DNA of 64,000 nucleotides from Verrucomicrobiota bacterium (lineage in GTDB: Bacteria; Verrucomicrobiota; Verrucomicrobiia; Limisphaerales; AAA164-E04). The translations under genes were made by a program, and so were the position numbers. The stretch's first letter is position 1. Every line of letters begins with the position of its first letter. The notes under the pieces are model-generated. The model searched no databases. It was not told where the DNA came from and worked only from the letters and a program-made list of their open reading frames with translations. The stretch lies in the NCBI GenBank assembly GCA_047947115.1, contig CP170459.1, positions 1,056,001 to 1,120,000 on the forward strand, in the 5' to 3' direction. This document shows positions 29,731-40,485 of the stretch, in pieces.

Positions 29731-29796
29731 ATGCGATCGAATAGATATTCGTTTTACATGCGATCGAATTAAAAACTATCTTGCATGCGTTCGCAT
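29731..29796. promoter_or_regulatory. Three quasi-palindromic operators upstream of hipB
   Basis: ATGCGATCGAAT at 29731 and 29758; ATGCGTTCGCAT at 29785. Confidence 0.75.
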
Positions 29797-29807
29797 TGTT
29801 TTTTACG

Positions 29808-30086
29808 ATGAAGATTATGTTTATCACCTCAGTTATCGAACTTGGTGCGTTGGTCCGTTCTGAAAGGAGGAAACGGAATTGGACTCAGCAGGAACTCGCT
29901 GAAAGGGTAGGAGTCAAATCACTATGGGTTTCACAATTCGAGCGGGGAAAGGCGACGGCGCAGGTTGGGCTTGTTTTGCGTACGTTAAAAACGCTGGATA
30001 TCGTGCTGCAGGTTGGAAATGTTTGTTCCGACAAGGAGCAGGTTGATTCGATGGACATTGATCTGGACTCCATCGTAGGCCTCTGA
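29808..30086 (+). CDS. hipB: HipB-like XRE antitoxin
   Basis: WTQQELAERVGV..FERGK HTH upstream of hipA. Confidence 0.85.
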   Translation: MKIMFITSVIELGALVRSERRKRNWTQQELAERVGVKSLWVSQFERGKATAQVGLVLRTLKTLDIVLQVGNVCSDKEQVDSMDIDLDSIVGL

Positions 30087-30117
30087 AGTCCGGGAAACCT
30101 TGAATCATTGAACTGAA

Positions 30118-31449
30118 ATGTCAGTTGCATTCGAAAACCAGAAGGAAGTATTGGAAGCTCTTTACAACGGGAAAAGGGTTGGACAACTGCATTACGCGAA
30201 GAACCTGGCCAGATTTTCTTATACCGAGGAGTGGACGAGAGATCCAGCCGCCTTCCCTATTTCGTTATCAATGCCCTTGGCACAGAAAGATCACACTGAT
30301 CAGGTCGTGCGTCCTTTTGTCGCAGGTCTATTGCCAGACAGTGATGCTGTGTTGAATCAATGGAGCAGAAGATTTCAAGTCTCCCGCCACAATCCATTCA
30401 AACTGCTGGAACACATTGGCGAGGAATGTGCCGGCGGCATCCAATTCGTTCCGCCGGACCGTTTGCCCAAATGGCTGAGTCATTCACCTCCGTCCGGAGT
30501 TGACTGGCTGACCGAGGAAGATTTCGTCGAACGAATCGAAAGACTCGGGAAGGATGGCAGCGCGTCTCGAAAGTATGGGGATGAAGGACATTTCAGTCTC
30601 GCAGGTGCGCAAGTAAAGACCGCACTTTATCGTGACCCGATTGAAAATCGGTGGGGAGTTCCGAAGGGAATCACACCGACGACGCATATTATCAAACCAA
30701 ACACGGGGAACTTTGATTCGTTTGAACTGAATGAACACTACTGTTTGAAACTGGCCCATTCAATGGGTCTGAAAGCAGCCGCATCCTGGACTGAGATAAT
30801 TGGAACTACCCCCGTCATCATCGTTGAGCGCTATGATCGCATCAAGCTCACGGACAAAATGATCCGCATCCATCAGGAAGATTGTTGCCAAGCGCTGTCA
30901 AGGCCACCCGAGAAAAAATATCAAAACGAAGGTGGACCATCTGCCACCGAACTTTTCCAATTAATCCGAAACCATTCCAGTAAACCGCATGAAGATGTCA
31001 TTCGGTTGCTGGACGCTTTGATTTTCAATTATCTTGTTTGCGGCACAGATGCGCATGCCAAGAATTTCAGTTTATTGATCGCCGGCAAGGGGCAGGTGCG
31101 ACTGGCACCACTCTATGACCTGATATCCATCCTGCCATATGAACAATATGAACCGAGAAAAACAAAACTGGCCATGAAGATAGGCGGACATTACCGCCTT
31201 TGGGAAATCGGTAAAAAGCAATGGCAAAAGGCAGCAAAAGAATGGCAGTTCGATCAAGATTTTGTGATCGATCGCCTCTACACCGCATCAGAAAAACTGA
31301 AAAAAGCCGCACATGCAACCAGATCTGAAATGCCCGGACAAGCACATGAACAAAATCGCTTTTTGGATGAAATCGCAAAGTTGATTTCAGACCGTGCAGA
31401 TTCATGCTCAAAAAAAATCGCTGATCAAAATTCAAGACATGGGGCTTAA
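30118..31449 (+). CDS. hipA: HipA kinase toxin
   Basis: ISLSMP, SLAGAQVK, THIIKP, HQEDCCQ, DAHAKNFS, LAPLYD. Confidence 0.92.
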   Translation: MSVAFENQKEVLEALYNGKRVGQLHYAKNLARFSYTEEWTRDPAAFPISLSMPLAQKDHTDQVVRPFVAGLLPDSDAVLNQWSRRFQVSRHNPFKLLEHIGEECAGGIQFVPPDRLPKWLSHSPPSGVDWLTEEDFVERIERLGKDGSASRKYGDEGHFSLAGAQVKTALYRDPIENRWGVPKGITPTTHIIKPNTGNFDSFELNEHYCLKLAHSMGLKAAASWTEIIGTTPVIIVERYDRIKLTDKMIRIHQEDCCQALSRPPEKKYQNEGGPSATELFQLIRNHSSKPHEDVIRLLDALIFNYLVCGTDAHAKNFSLLIAGKGQVRLAPLYDLISILPYEQYEPRKTKLAMKIGGHYRLWEIGKKQWQKAAKEWQFDQDFVIDRLYTASEKLKKAAHATRSEMPGQAHEQNRFLDEIAKLISDRADSCSKKIADQNSRHGA

Positions 31450-31630
31450 AGGTATATTCCATCATCCGCTCTACTCCTTCTCAACATCTGCGTCAATCTG
31501 CGAGCATCTGTGGTTCAAACTTAGCAACCCGTAAAAAGTAACAAAAGTTAAGACTGACCCTCCCTCGTGTGTGTTTTGTCTTTTATTGTGGCGGATCGTG
31601 ATTACTCTTTGGGCGCTACGTAGTATTGGC

Positions 31631-33421
31631 ATGGAAACCAAATTTATCAGGAACTTTAGCATTATTGCTCATATCGACCACGGCAAGACGACCTTGTCGG
31701 ACCGCTTGCTGCATTTGACCGGAACCATTTCGGACCGTGACATGCAGGCTCAGTTGTTGGATTCAATGGATCTGGAAAAGGAGCGCGGCATCACCATTAA
31801 AGCGCATCCGGTCACGATGTATTATACCGCCAAGGACGGAAACCGGTATGAGTTGAATCTGATCGACACTCCCGGGCATGTTGATTTTTCTTATGAAGTC
31901 TCACGCAGTTTGAGTGCTTGTGAAGGGGCTTTGTTGATCATTGACGCCGCACAGGGGGTAGAAGCGCAAACAGTTGCAAACCTCCACCTGGCCATGAAGC
32001 AGGAACTGACCATCATTCCTGTGCTCAATAAAATCGATCTTCCACATGCCAATGTCGAGGAAGTGCTCACTCAGTTGGAGGACATTCTGGCGATTCCCCG
32101 TGAAGAGGCCATTCCGGCCAGTGCCAAAAACGGCATCGGCATTGAAGAGATTCTGGAGGCAATCGTTCAGCGGGTGCCTCCCCCCAAACCGACGGGCGCT
32201 GCATCGACACAAGCCCTGCTGTTTGATTCTTATTACGATACCTACCGGGGTGTTGTGACGCATGTGCGCGTTTTTAATGGTGCGTTGAAGGCGGGAAATC
32301 AGGTCAAATTGCTGCATTCCAGCAAAAATGTGGAAATCAAGGAGGTCGGCAGTTTCAATCCCAAACCATACAAACGGGATGAACTAACCGCTGGTGAAAC
32401 GGGCTATTTCACCGCGAACATCAAGTCTCCGCTGGATATCAAGATCGGCGACACCATGACCGATTCCAAGAATCCGTCGCCTCCACTTCCCGGTTTTCAG
32501 GAAATTCATCCGATGGTGTACAGTGGAATATATCCCATCAACACCGCCGACTACGAACACCTGAAAGCCAATCTGGCCAAACTGCAACTTAATGACTCTG
32601 CGTTTGCCTATCAGCAGGAGACATCCGTGGCGCTCGGCTTTGGTTTTCGCTGTGGTTTCCTTGGCTTGTTGCATCTGGAAATCATCCAGGAACGATTGCG
32701 CCGTGAGTTCGAGATGGACATCATCGCGACTTATCCCAGTGTGGTTTACAAGGTCACACTGACTGATGGATCTGTCAAAGAAGTGGATAATCCGGCTCAC
32801 CTGCCACCGGTCAATCATATCGAAGTCATTGAGGAACCCATGGTCAAATCATTCATCATCTGCCCCAACGGTTACATCGGGGACATGATGGCTCTGGTAT
32901 CAGAAAAGCGCGGACTTCTGGTTCATACCGAGACCCTGGACGGAGCGCGAGTGATGCTGACCTGTCGCATTCCTTTGGGTGAAATCCTCATTGATTTCCA
33001 CGATCGCATCAAAAGTTTGACCCGGGGTTACGGCTCCATGGATTACGAACACGATGGGTATGAACCAGCCGACATGGTGAAACTGGACATGCTCGTCAAC
33101 GCCGAATCGGTCGATGCCTTTTCCTGCATTGTCCACCGCACCAAAGCGGAATACAGGGGACGCGCTCTGGCGGCGAAACTGAGCGAGGTCATCCCGCGCC
33201 AACAATTCCAAGTGGCGATTCAAGCTGCAATCGGAGGCAAGATTGTTGCCCGTGAAACCGTTCGCGCCCTACGCAAGGATGTGACCGCAAAGTGCTACGG
33301 CGGTGATATTACGCGAAAACGCAAATTGTTGGAGAAACAAAAGGAAGGTAAAAAGCGTATGAAATCAGTGGGATCGGTGAACATCCCGCAAGAAGCCTTT
33401 GTTCAGGTGTTAAAATCATGA
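31631..33421 (+). CDS. lepA: Elongation factor 4
   Basis: IRNFSIIAHIDHGKTTL, GFRCGFLGLLH, KCYGGDITRKRKLL. Confidence 0.98.
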   Translation: METKFIRNFSIIAHIDHGKTTLSDRLLHLTGTISDRDMQAQLLDSMDLEKERGITIKAHPVTMYYTAKDGNRYELNLIDTPGHVDFSYEVSRSLSACEGALLIIDAAQGVEAQTVANLHLAMKQELTIIPVLNKIDLPHANVEEVLTQLEDILAIPREEAIPASAKNGIGIEEILEAIVQRVPPPKPTGAASTQALLFDSYYDTYRGVVTHVRVFNGALKAGNQVKLLHSSKNVEIKEVGSFNPKPYKRDELTAGETGYFTANIKSPLDIKIGDTMTDSKNPSPPLPGFQEIHPMVYSGIYPINTADYEHLKANLAKLQLNDSAFAYQQETSVALGFGFRCGFLGLLHLEIIQERLRREFEMDIIATYPSVVYKVTLTDGSVKEVDNPAHLPPVNHIEVIEEPMVKSFIICPNGYIGDMMALVSEKRGLLVHTETLDGARVMLTCRIPLGEILIDFHDRIKSLTRGYGSMDYEHDGYEPADMVKLDMLVNAESVDAFSCIVHRTKAEYRGRALAAKLSEVIPRQQFQVAIQAAIGGKIVARETVRALRKDVTAKCYGGDITRKRKLLEKQKEGKKRMKSVGSVNIPQEAFVQVLKS

Positions 33422-34605
33422 TTACTTTTTCAATTCGTTGGTTGACCTCCAAAAAGGTCAGGACAGCCGTCCAGATGCGGCATCATGTATGGAAATATTT
33501 GAACGCCCAGCGCGACCTTTTGAAACCCGATGCCATTGAAGCCCTGGAAGCCTCCATGCAGCAGGTCACCCATGCCATTCTTGCCAAGGATGGCGCTCCC
33601 AGCCTCGACGAGGCGATGGAGAATATCGAGAAGACCGCCAACGATTGGCTGAAACCTTACCCTCACGCGGCGTTACGCGAGAATATAGAAGTGTTTCTGG
33701 TCGCGGCAGCGGTGGTCTTGGCGTTCCGATCCTTTTTCTTCCAACCCATGGCGATTCCGTCCGGTTCGGCTCAACCGACCTTTTGGGGAATTGTGGCGGA
33801 AGATTTGAAATCAAAAAAGGATGCGACCGTTCCAACAGGGTTGAAAAAATACTACCTGTCGTGGGTCAAAGGGGAGAAATATTACCACGTTCAGGCGCGC
33901 AATTCTGGCGTGTTCCGCGCCATCGATGAAAAACCCGTGCGGATCATCCCTTTCATCACCAAACAACGTTTCATGGTTGGAAATGAAAAGTACACGCTTT
34001 GGTGGCCTCCCGAGAACCTTTGGAGCGAATCCAGACTCCAAAACGGTCTGTCCATCAAGGAAGGGGATGACATCATCAAATTGAAGGTGACCAGTGGGGA
34101 TCATTTGTTTGTCGATCGGTTCACCTACAACTTCAGGAGACCCACGCGCGGAGAAACCATTGTATTCAAGTCAACGGGTGTACCCAAATTGACCCAAAAC
34201 ACCCATTACATCAAACGACTGGTCGGACTGGGCGGGGAGAAGATTAGTATTGGAGATGACCGCCATGCCTACATCAACGGCACCCGTCTGGAAGCGAGTG
34301 ATCCCGGTTTCGAATTCGTTTACTCATTTGGTGACAATCCCCCTGAGGACAGCAAATTCTCAGGCCACGTGAACGGTAAAGTGGCTTTGGAAGCTGGCAA
34401 CATGGCAGTCGGTATGAATACCCAGTTCCGGGATGGTGAGACGGAATACCAAATCCGCGACAACCATTACTTCGTCATGGGCGACAACACCATGAACAGT
34501 TATGACAGCCGTGCCTGGTTGGATTTCCCACGTGAGAAGGTCATTGGAAAACAGTTTTTTGTCTTCTGGCCCATCACCGATCGATTCGGATGGCACAATA
34601 AGTAG
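33418..34605 (+). CDS. lepB: Signal peptidase I
   Basis: IPSGSAQPT, YIKRLVG, MGDNTMNSYDSR; follows lepA. Confidence 0.92.
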   Translation: MITFSIRWLTSKKVRTAVQMRHHVWKYLNAQRDLLKPDAIEALEASMQQVTHAILAKDGAPSLDEAMENIEKTANDWLKPYPHAALRENIEVFLVAAAVVLAFRSFFFQPMAIPSGSAQPTFWGIVAEDLKSKKDATVPTGLKKYYLSWVKGEKYYHVQARNSGVFRAIDEKPVRIIPFITKQRFMVGNEKYTLWWPPENLWSESRLQNGLSIKEGDDIIKLKVTSGDHLFVDRFTYNFRRPTRGETIVFKSTGVPKLTQNTHYIKRLVGLGGEKISIGDDRHAYINGTRLEASDPGFEFVYSFGDNPPEDSKFSGHVNGKVALEAGNMAVGMNTQFRDGETEYQIRDNHYFVMGDNTMNSYDSRAWLDFPREKVIGKQFFVFWPITDRFGWHNK

Positions 34606-34854
34606 TCCTTACCACAAGGCGGATGCTGATACATTTCGCAAGATTTTAATGCTTCCGGAGTGATGGGTTCGGTCATTTCAGGAATAATAAACCCCGGTTT
34701 TCAGCTCAAGATTTAATCCTATCTAGCTGACGCTCATAATCTTTTGTTAATCGAACTAAAGTTGAACGCAATGTGCCGTTAAAAGCACAGTTGTTTCAAG
34801 GAGCATTTTGCTCTTAATTACCGTCGGTCCCAAAAGAGATTCAACAGAACGTAT

Positions 34855-35745
34855 ATGATCATGAACATTCAACCAAAAAGCAAAGGTGTGTCCCGATCAA
34901 AACACCAGGGTTTCACACTCATTGAACTGCTCGTTGTGATCGCCATCATCGCGATCCTCGCCGGCATGTTGCTGCCGGCCCTCAGCAAGGCAAAGGATAA
35001 GGCCAAAGGCATCCTTTGCATGAACAATACCAAACAACTCATGCTGGCTTGCCACATGTATTTGGGAGACAATGAAGACAAATTCCCGGCTTCCTGCCAC
35101 GGAAGCGGCGTCGCACAAGGCTCATGGGTGACCGGATGGCTGGATTGGGGTAATCGCCAAGACAACACGAACGTCCAATACCTGCTGGACCCTCAATACT
35201 CTGTTTTGGCTTCCTATTTTTCAAATGCCAAAAACATCTTCAAATGCCCATCGGACAATAAACTCAGTGCCGCACAAAGACGTCTCGGTTGGTCCGAACG
35301 CGTGCGGAGTATTTCAGGAAACATCCGCGTAGGCGTTTGCAGAAACAACGCAGGCGGTGCGGCAGCCTGGGCTTCCCGCGATTACGCAACAGAAGTCGAA
35401 AAAATGTCAGGATTAAATAACCCGGGCCCATCCGAGACCTGGGTCTATGCGGACGAGCATCCGGACAGCATCAACGATGCCGGGTGTTTCACCCCAGAGC
35501 TGGAGCGCGGCAATCCCTGGGTGGATACCCCTGCGAATTACCATAACGGCGCGGGAGGCCTCGCCTTTGCGGACGGTCACTCTGAAGTGCATAAATGGAC
35601 CTCCTCCAACTCCCAGCAAAACAACCCCATTCGCGTTGCTGCCTTCTCCGCACCTGCCGCTACAGCAAACGATCCGGACGCTGTGTGGCTGGCATTGCGC
35701 ACGCAACGAAAAGCAGGGCATCAGCTCCCGGTTGGAGCACGATAA
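34855..35745 (+). CDS. Prepilin-type N-methylation / H-X9-DG domain protein
   Basis: [32 protein letters not shown]. Confidence 0.9.
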   Translation: MIMNIQPKSKGVSRSKHQGFTLIELLVVIAIIAILAGMLLPALSKAKDKAKGILCMNNTKQLMLACHMYLGDNEDKFPASCHGSGVAQGSWVTGWLDWGNRQDNTNVQYLLDPQYSVLASYFSNAKNIFKCPSDNKLSAAQRRLGWSERVRSISGNIRVGVCRNNAGGAAAWASRDYATEVEKMSGLNNPGPSETWVYADEHPDSINDAGCFTPELERGNPWVDTPANYHNGAGGLAFADGHSEVHKWTSSNSQQNNPIRVAAFSAPAATANDPDAVWLALRTQRKAGHQLPVGAR

Positions 35746-35774
35746 AGTTTCGATACCAATATTCACAACAACTC

Positions 35775-35808
35775 AAAAGCCCGTCGGATTCATCCGACGG
35801 GCTTTTTT
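35775..35808 (+). terminator. Intrinsic terminator
   Basis: AAAAGCCCGTCGGAT-TC-ATCCGACGGGCTTTTTT. Confidence 0.9.
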
Positions 35809-35851
35809 ATTTGAACCGACCCCAAGATTGGACTACATAAAAGGAAGTCTT

Positions 35852-36304
35852 ATGCATACCAAATTTTCCAAAACCCTTTGCTCACTCATCGGAACCATGG
35901 CCGTTATCGCAGCACTCCTCACAGGATGCGGCGGCGACTCTGCTCCCAAGGCTGTTGCCAAGGACATTGATGCAGTCGCCATGATGGAAAAACTCATGAG
36001 CGACAACTCCAAGGAACGGTTTGACGCCCTGATTGAACTCAGTGAGGGCCGGGAGAATGCAGCTCCGGCTTTGGATATGATTGAGGAAGTTTTGAAAACC
36101 GACAAGGATGCCAAGAACAGGGAAATGGCAGCCTACGTGTTGATGCAAATGGGCCCCAAAGCCGCCAAACCAGCTTTGCCAACCCTCAAGGAAGCCTTGG
36201 AAAAAGAAAAGAACGGAAACGTTCAAATCAACATCATCAACGCATGGAACGCCATCGACCCCGACACCGCACCAAACGGCGGCGGACGGGGCAACCAGCC
36301 TTGA
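35852..36304 (+). CDS. HEAT-repeat lipoprotein
   Basis: Lipobox LTGC; HEAT-like helices; AAGGAAG RBS. Confidence 0.75.
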   Translation: MHTKFSKTLCSLIGTMAVIAALLTGCGGDSAPKAVAKDIDAVAMMEKLMSDNSKERFDALIELSEGRENAAPALDMIEEVLKTDKDAKNREMAAYVLMQMGPKAAKPALPTLKEALEKEKNGNVQINIINAWNAIDPDTAPNGGGRGNQP

Positions 36305-36644
36305 TAAAAAGCTTTCCTGGGTAGCGGGTGCCTGCCTATACCGCGACTGCGTGGATCCCCGGCGTGCCACCTTATGGCTTGCGAATGTCATATCACCCCA
36401 CGAAGGGAACCCCGACAATGACCTCTCTGTCCGACAGCGGCTCTTGGGCGCAGTCTGAAAAAATAGAAGGCAAGCGCCGCCTTGCAACCACTTCAAACCT
36501 TCAGAACATCCAAGATGTAATCAGTATGCTATGGAAACGCTGCAGCATCTCGAAAACCGTTGGCTGTCCGCATCGCATGTTTATTGGTTAGGAATAGCCC
36601 TAAGGAAGAATTATGGGAAGAGGTAGCACTCATCCCTCCATGCT

Positions 36645-37145
36645 TTAAAAAGGAAACCCAATCACTCCCTCAGGGAGTTGCACATGGAACAACATTCCAA
36701 AAAGCAATTTAATCCCGATCATCAAAGCCAAGATCATGGAGCCGGACACATACCATCGGCTCCCCTGCATCCATACCAAAGCAAATCCGAATCCAAGGGA
36801 AGATAAGGTAAAACCCAACCAGGGAATCAAAAAAATATAAGCGCCAAAACCCAATAAGAACCCCAAAAGCGCTTTGGTCCTTGTCGTTTCCGTCTTGTTT
36901 AATGCACCAGATGGGTGCGTTGCTGATTTCCATTTCGCGAACAAGCCGCTCCCGCACAAAGCAACACCACCTGTCGTCATCAAGACGCCAAGCAAAATGG
37001 GAAAAAACTGGGGCCCGGGGTCCTGATTGTTGGCAAATCCAGGCTTTTTAATGTCCATGGAAAGGACCAATGCAAGCAAGCCCAGGATCAGCCAGACAGC
37101 TCCTGACAGAGTCTGCCGTGATGACTCGTCGAATGTCGTGTTCAT
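36645..37145 (-). CDS. tctB: Tripartite tricarboxylate transporter small subunit
   Basis: DPGPQFFP, LGFTLSS, LFHVQLPEG. Confidence 0.85.
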   Translation of the reverse strand: MNTTFDESSRQTLSGAVWLILGLLALVLSMDIKKPGFANNQDPGPQFFPILLGVLMTTGGVALCGSGLFAKWKSATHPSGALNKTETTRTKALLGFLLGFGAYIFLIPWLGFTLSSLGFGFALVWMQGSRWYVSGSMILALMIGIKLLFGMLFHVQLPEGVIGFPF

Positions 37146-38167
37146 TGCTGGCTGGCATATCCAGTCGCATCTATCACCTTCTCCCACTTGGCATCCTCAG
37201 ACCGCAGGAATTCCTTGAAAGCGTTACCTTGTTTTAATTCGATGCCGAATCCGTTCTTCTTCATAAAGGATTGGTAAGCTTCAGAGTGAGTAATTTCAGA
37301 AAAGGCTTCGGTTAATTTGATCACCACAGATTCGGGAGTCTCAAGAGGCAACATCAAACCGCGCCACCCTACCATCTCCCAATCAATCCCGGCCTCCTTG
37401 CAAGTAGGATAATCAGGATAATCCGCCAGCCTTTCGCCAGACATGACGGATAACACACGCAATTCCCCGGCTTCAATTTGGGCTGCAGCTTCAGGAACAC
37501 TGCAACATACAGCATCAATGTGTCCCCCCATCAATTCGACCAAAGAAGGTGCCGAACCCTGCGTTGGAATCCACAGAATGGAATCCACGGGCAAACCGGC
37601 AGCAATCTGAAATCCGGCCCGCGCCAAATCCCACGCGCCCCCGGTGGCGGTTCCCGACATCTGCACCTTGCCGGGATTGGCTTTGACGTGATCGAGAAAT
37701 TCCTGAAGCGAATTCCACGGTGCATCCTTGCGCACGATCAAAGCAGCGGCGTCCGCATTGACCTGCATCAAAGGTGTGTAACGCTCGTATGTAAGATCGG
37801 AAATACCCATCCAATGCATGGTGCTCAATTCAAAGGTCCCCATTGTGATGGTATATCCGTCAGGTTTGGCATTGGCGCCAAATGAATGCCCCACCGCCCC
37901 ACTGCCACCAGTTTTATTCTGCACCACACAAGGTACGTCCAGAGAAGTTTTGAGGGCATCGGCCAAAAACCTGGACACACGATCAGTCCCTCCACCGGCA
38001 TTCCAGGGACAAATGATGGTGATGGTCTTGGTGGGATAATCTGCGCTGGAATCGACGGAATGTTGTCCGGATTGGGGACCACAGCCAGACAACAAACCCG
38101 CGATCATCAAACAGACACTTTCCCGCCTGACAAGAGCGGACAACCATTTTGGGTATAAAAGCTTCAT
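37142..38167 (-). CDS. tctC: Tripartite tricarboxylate transporter substrate-binding protein
   Basis: YPTKTITIICPWNAGGGTD, AKPDGYT, WRGLMLP. Confidence 0.9.
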   Translation of the reverse strand: MKLLYPKWLSALVRRESVCLMIAGLLSGCGPQSGQHSVDSSADYPTKTITIICPWNAGGGTDRVSRFLADALKTSLDVPCVVQNKTGGSGAVGHSFGANAKPDGYTITMGTFELSTMHWMGISDLTYERYTPLMQVNADAAALIVRKDAPWNSLQEFLDHVKANPGKVQMSGTATGGAWDLARAGFQIAAGLPVDSILWIPTQGSAPSLVELMGGHIDAVCCSVPEAAAQIEAGELRVLSVMSGERLADYPDYPTCKEAGIDWEMVGWRGLMLPLETPESVVIKLTEAFSEITHSEAYQSFMKKNGFGIELKQGNAFKEFLRSEDAKWEKVIDATGYASQQ

Positions 38168-38248
38168 GAGGTGCACCGAGCATGCTCCAAAACCCATGCA
38201 GTGACAAGACTCCATTCCCAAGTCACCAAACGAAACTTATGATTGAAC

Positions 38249-38515
38249 CTACTTAACGGAATCAGGCGCAAGCGGCTTCAAATCCACTTGTTCGCTATGA
38301 TTCGTCGGCTCAGAGACATGTGGGGAAAACATTCCACGGGATAGTTTAAAAAGATGAACGGCCACCAGAATGGCGCCGACCACAATAAGCACATCAACTA
38401 GAATGAGACCCTTGGAAATGGCCATGGAACGATAAACCTTTGTAAATTGAAATGTCACCATCCTCACCTGAAAAGCTGGTGAATTGGATTCAGGTTGATC
38501 CATAAAAAAAGACAA
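38249..38515 (-). CDS. Possible small single-TM protein
   Basis: One hydrophobic helix; start uncertain. Confidence 0.3.
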   Translation of the reverse strand: MSFFMDQPESNSPAFQVRMVTFQFTKVYRSMAISKGLILVDVLIVVGAILVAVHLFKLSRGMFSPHVSEPTNHSEQVDLKPLAPDSVK

Positions 38516-38639
38516 TCACGGTATTCAGTTATTACTAATTCGAAATTATACAGTTCGACTGGAATAACCACCATAATCAGTACCAAATTTCCGCCATTAA
38601 GTCCTAAAATACGACATTTTGAGGGATTTTATGTCTGAG

Positions 38640-39058
38640 TGATGGTGTCCATGCACGCTTACTGAAGACGATTCCTCTTGATCAATACGCTGAAGGGTCC
38701 AAGCCGGGAAATTTTCAATGATAAACTCGGAGGCATGCATCCCCGGTGACACCTCTGTTTCAATGGCGTCGCGTACGTCAGAAAATTTGGAGATCAGGCA
38801 GTGGTCATTGTGTTGGATGCCGCATCCACCGGAACCTTTGCGTATGAGTGTGCGGTGGATGTACTTGTAGTGACATACGAAGATATTTTGAAAGACGGTT
38901 TACTGATCGATGAATCCACACAAAACAAATGGGATCCCTGGTCGGGTGAGGCAGTGGAGGGTTCGTTGAAAGAAAAGCGTCTTCGTCCGGTGTACGACCT
39001 GATCACCTACATGAATGCCTAGGAAAATTTCTATCCTGATGGTCAGTTGATCCGATAG
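38640..39058 (+). pseudogene. Decayed DUF3179-like C-terminal fragment
   Basis: LIDESTQNKWDPWSGEAVEGSLKEKRL..YMNA*ENFYPD; in-frame stops at 38663, 38747 and 39020. Confidence 0.55.
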
Positions 39059-39264
39059 TGTTGCCGTTTCCCGAATCTGTTTATAGTATATTGAACCGCA
39101 GATTTGCGCAGATGTTGGGTCAATAAAATTTGGCAGTAGAAACAACTCGAATCGGTCAAAAAACAAGGCCATTCCAAAAGTACCGATCACAACTTCCTTA
39201 CCACTATCTGCGTCCATCTGTAAAATCTGCGGTTCCAACAACAACTCGTGAAGGATGGACAAGG

Positions 39265-40389
39265 CTACTTGGTCGAGTTGTCGGCATCGGTAACTTCTTT
39301 GAGCCGGATTTTCTGGCTCATCTGTATGGAGATCTTGGTCTCTCCGGGCAGCATGGCTTTCATGGCCTCAGGGACGCTCATGAGCATGGTCATTTCCTGA
39401 GTGGCGTCCGATTCCACGATGTGGCCTGATATCTGATCGAGCTTGATGAGTCCGGTATTTTTGCCGCCTTCCATCGAAATCTTCATACCCATCATCTCAT
39501 CAATTTGATCCTGTCCAGCAAGCACCTTGCCTTCGTAGGATAAGACATTCAACTGAACTTCGCCCTGAGTGGTCTGGCCCAGATATGTGTAGGCGTTGTC
39601 GATATCCATGGCACCACTGATTCCGAAGACCTGGGTATAAATGCGATTCCACTTATCGCCGCCTTTGACTGCCGTTTCGGGTAGAAAAGGATATTGGATC
39701 AACTGTTTGAATTGGTCTTCTTGAACGATACCTTGAGCAACGGATTTTGCGGCAGCGGGAAGAGCGTTGATCACTTTTTCATACATTTCATCCACTCCTT
39801 CAACGGAAGTAATTTCCCCGGCGGGATTCAAGGTCATGGTGAGCTTTTGTCCCATCAATGCGTCCAATCCGGCCAACATGGAATGCATTGGATCGATGGA
39901 TTCGGCGGCCTTTTTGTTGTCGCTGTCGTAGTTGAGCTTGTTGCCCATCATGTCCATGTTCAGCTTGGCGGCCAGGAATTCCATTTCGAGCTGGGTATTT
40001 CCACTGGCAGGGTCCTTCCGGGTGGTGAGCGCATAGGTGAAGTTTTGATCGGCCTTGCTGTTCATAGCGGCGGCCAGGGGAGAATTGCCTGCAGACGTGA
40101 CCTGATCGATGCCAATCTCATATACAAACCTTTTTCCTACAGGCCATTTTAAGGTGAGCTGCTGTGGTTCAAGTATGCTTGTTATACCCTGTTTCAACTC
40201 CGGATGTTCCTCCTGCATGCCGGATAGGGTTGTTTGGTTTATCCCATTGCTGGTTGCGACGCTTTTGGCTTCCTGTTGGGACGTCTGATCGGCTGTGATC
40301 GGATCTTCGGTTTCCATTTTGGAGCAACCGATGAAGAGGATTGCCAGACACCATATAAGAAGAAATGATTTCATCAAATTTGACTGCAT
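39265..40389 (-). CDS. Lipoprotein, DUF6263-like
   Basis: Lipobox FIGC; NYDSD, GEITSVEG, LPETAVKGGDKW. Confidence 0.65.
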   Translation of the reverse strand: MQSNLMKSFLLIWCLAILFIGCSKMETEDPITADQTSQQEAKSVATSNGINQTTLSGMQEEHPELKQGITSILEPQQLTLKWPVGKRFVYEIGIDQVTSAGNSPLAAAMNSKADQNFTYALTTRKDPASGNTQLEMEFLAAKLNMDMMGNKLNYDSDNKKAAESIDPMHSMLAGLDALMGQKLTMTLNPAGEITSVEGVDEMYEKVINALPAAAKSVAQGIVQEDQFKQLIQYPFLPETAVKGGDKWNRIYTQVFGISGAMDIDNAYTYLGQTTQGEVQLNVLSYEGKVLAGQDQIDEMMGMKISMEGGKNTGLIKLDQISGHIVESDATQEMTMLMSVPEAMKAMLPGETKISIQMSQKIRLKEVTDADNSTK

Positions 40390-40485
40390 GATCCCAGACC
40401 ATTTCACAGCATCTTAGGAATGGCAAGGAGAAGTCATCACGGATTTGATTGCCTGATGCTTTGAATTCAGATAGGCATCCTTGTC

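Noticed and set aside
29731..29796. Regularly spaced repeats as a mini-CRISPR
   Set aside because: 12-bp units with 15-bp spacers are too short, and no cas genes are present. They fit operators.
29466..31630. tRNA-anchored integrative island
   Set aside because: No integrase and no duplicated tRNA 3' end seen downstream.
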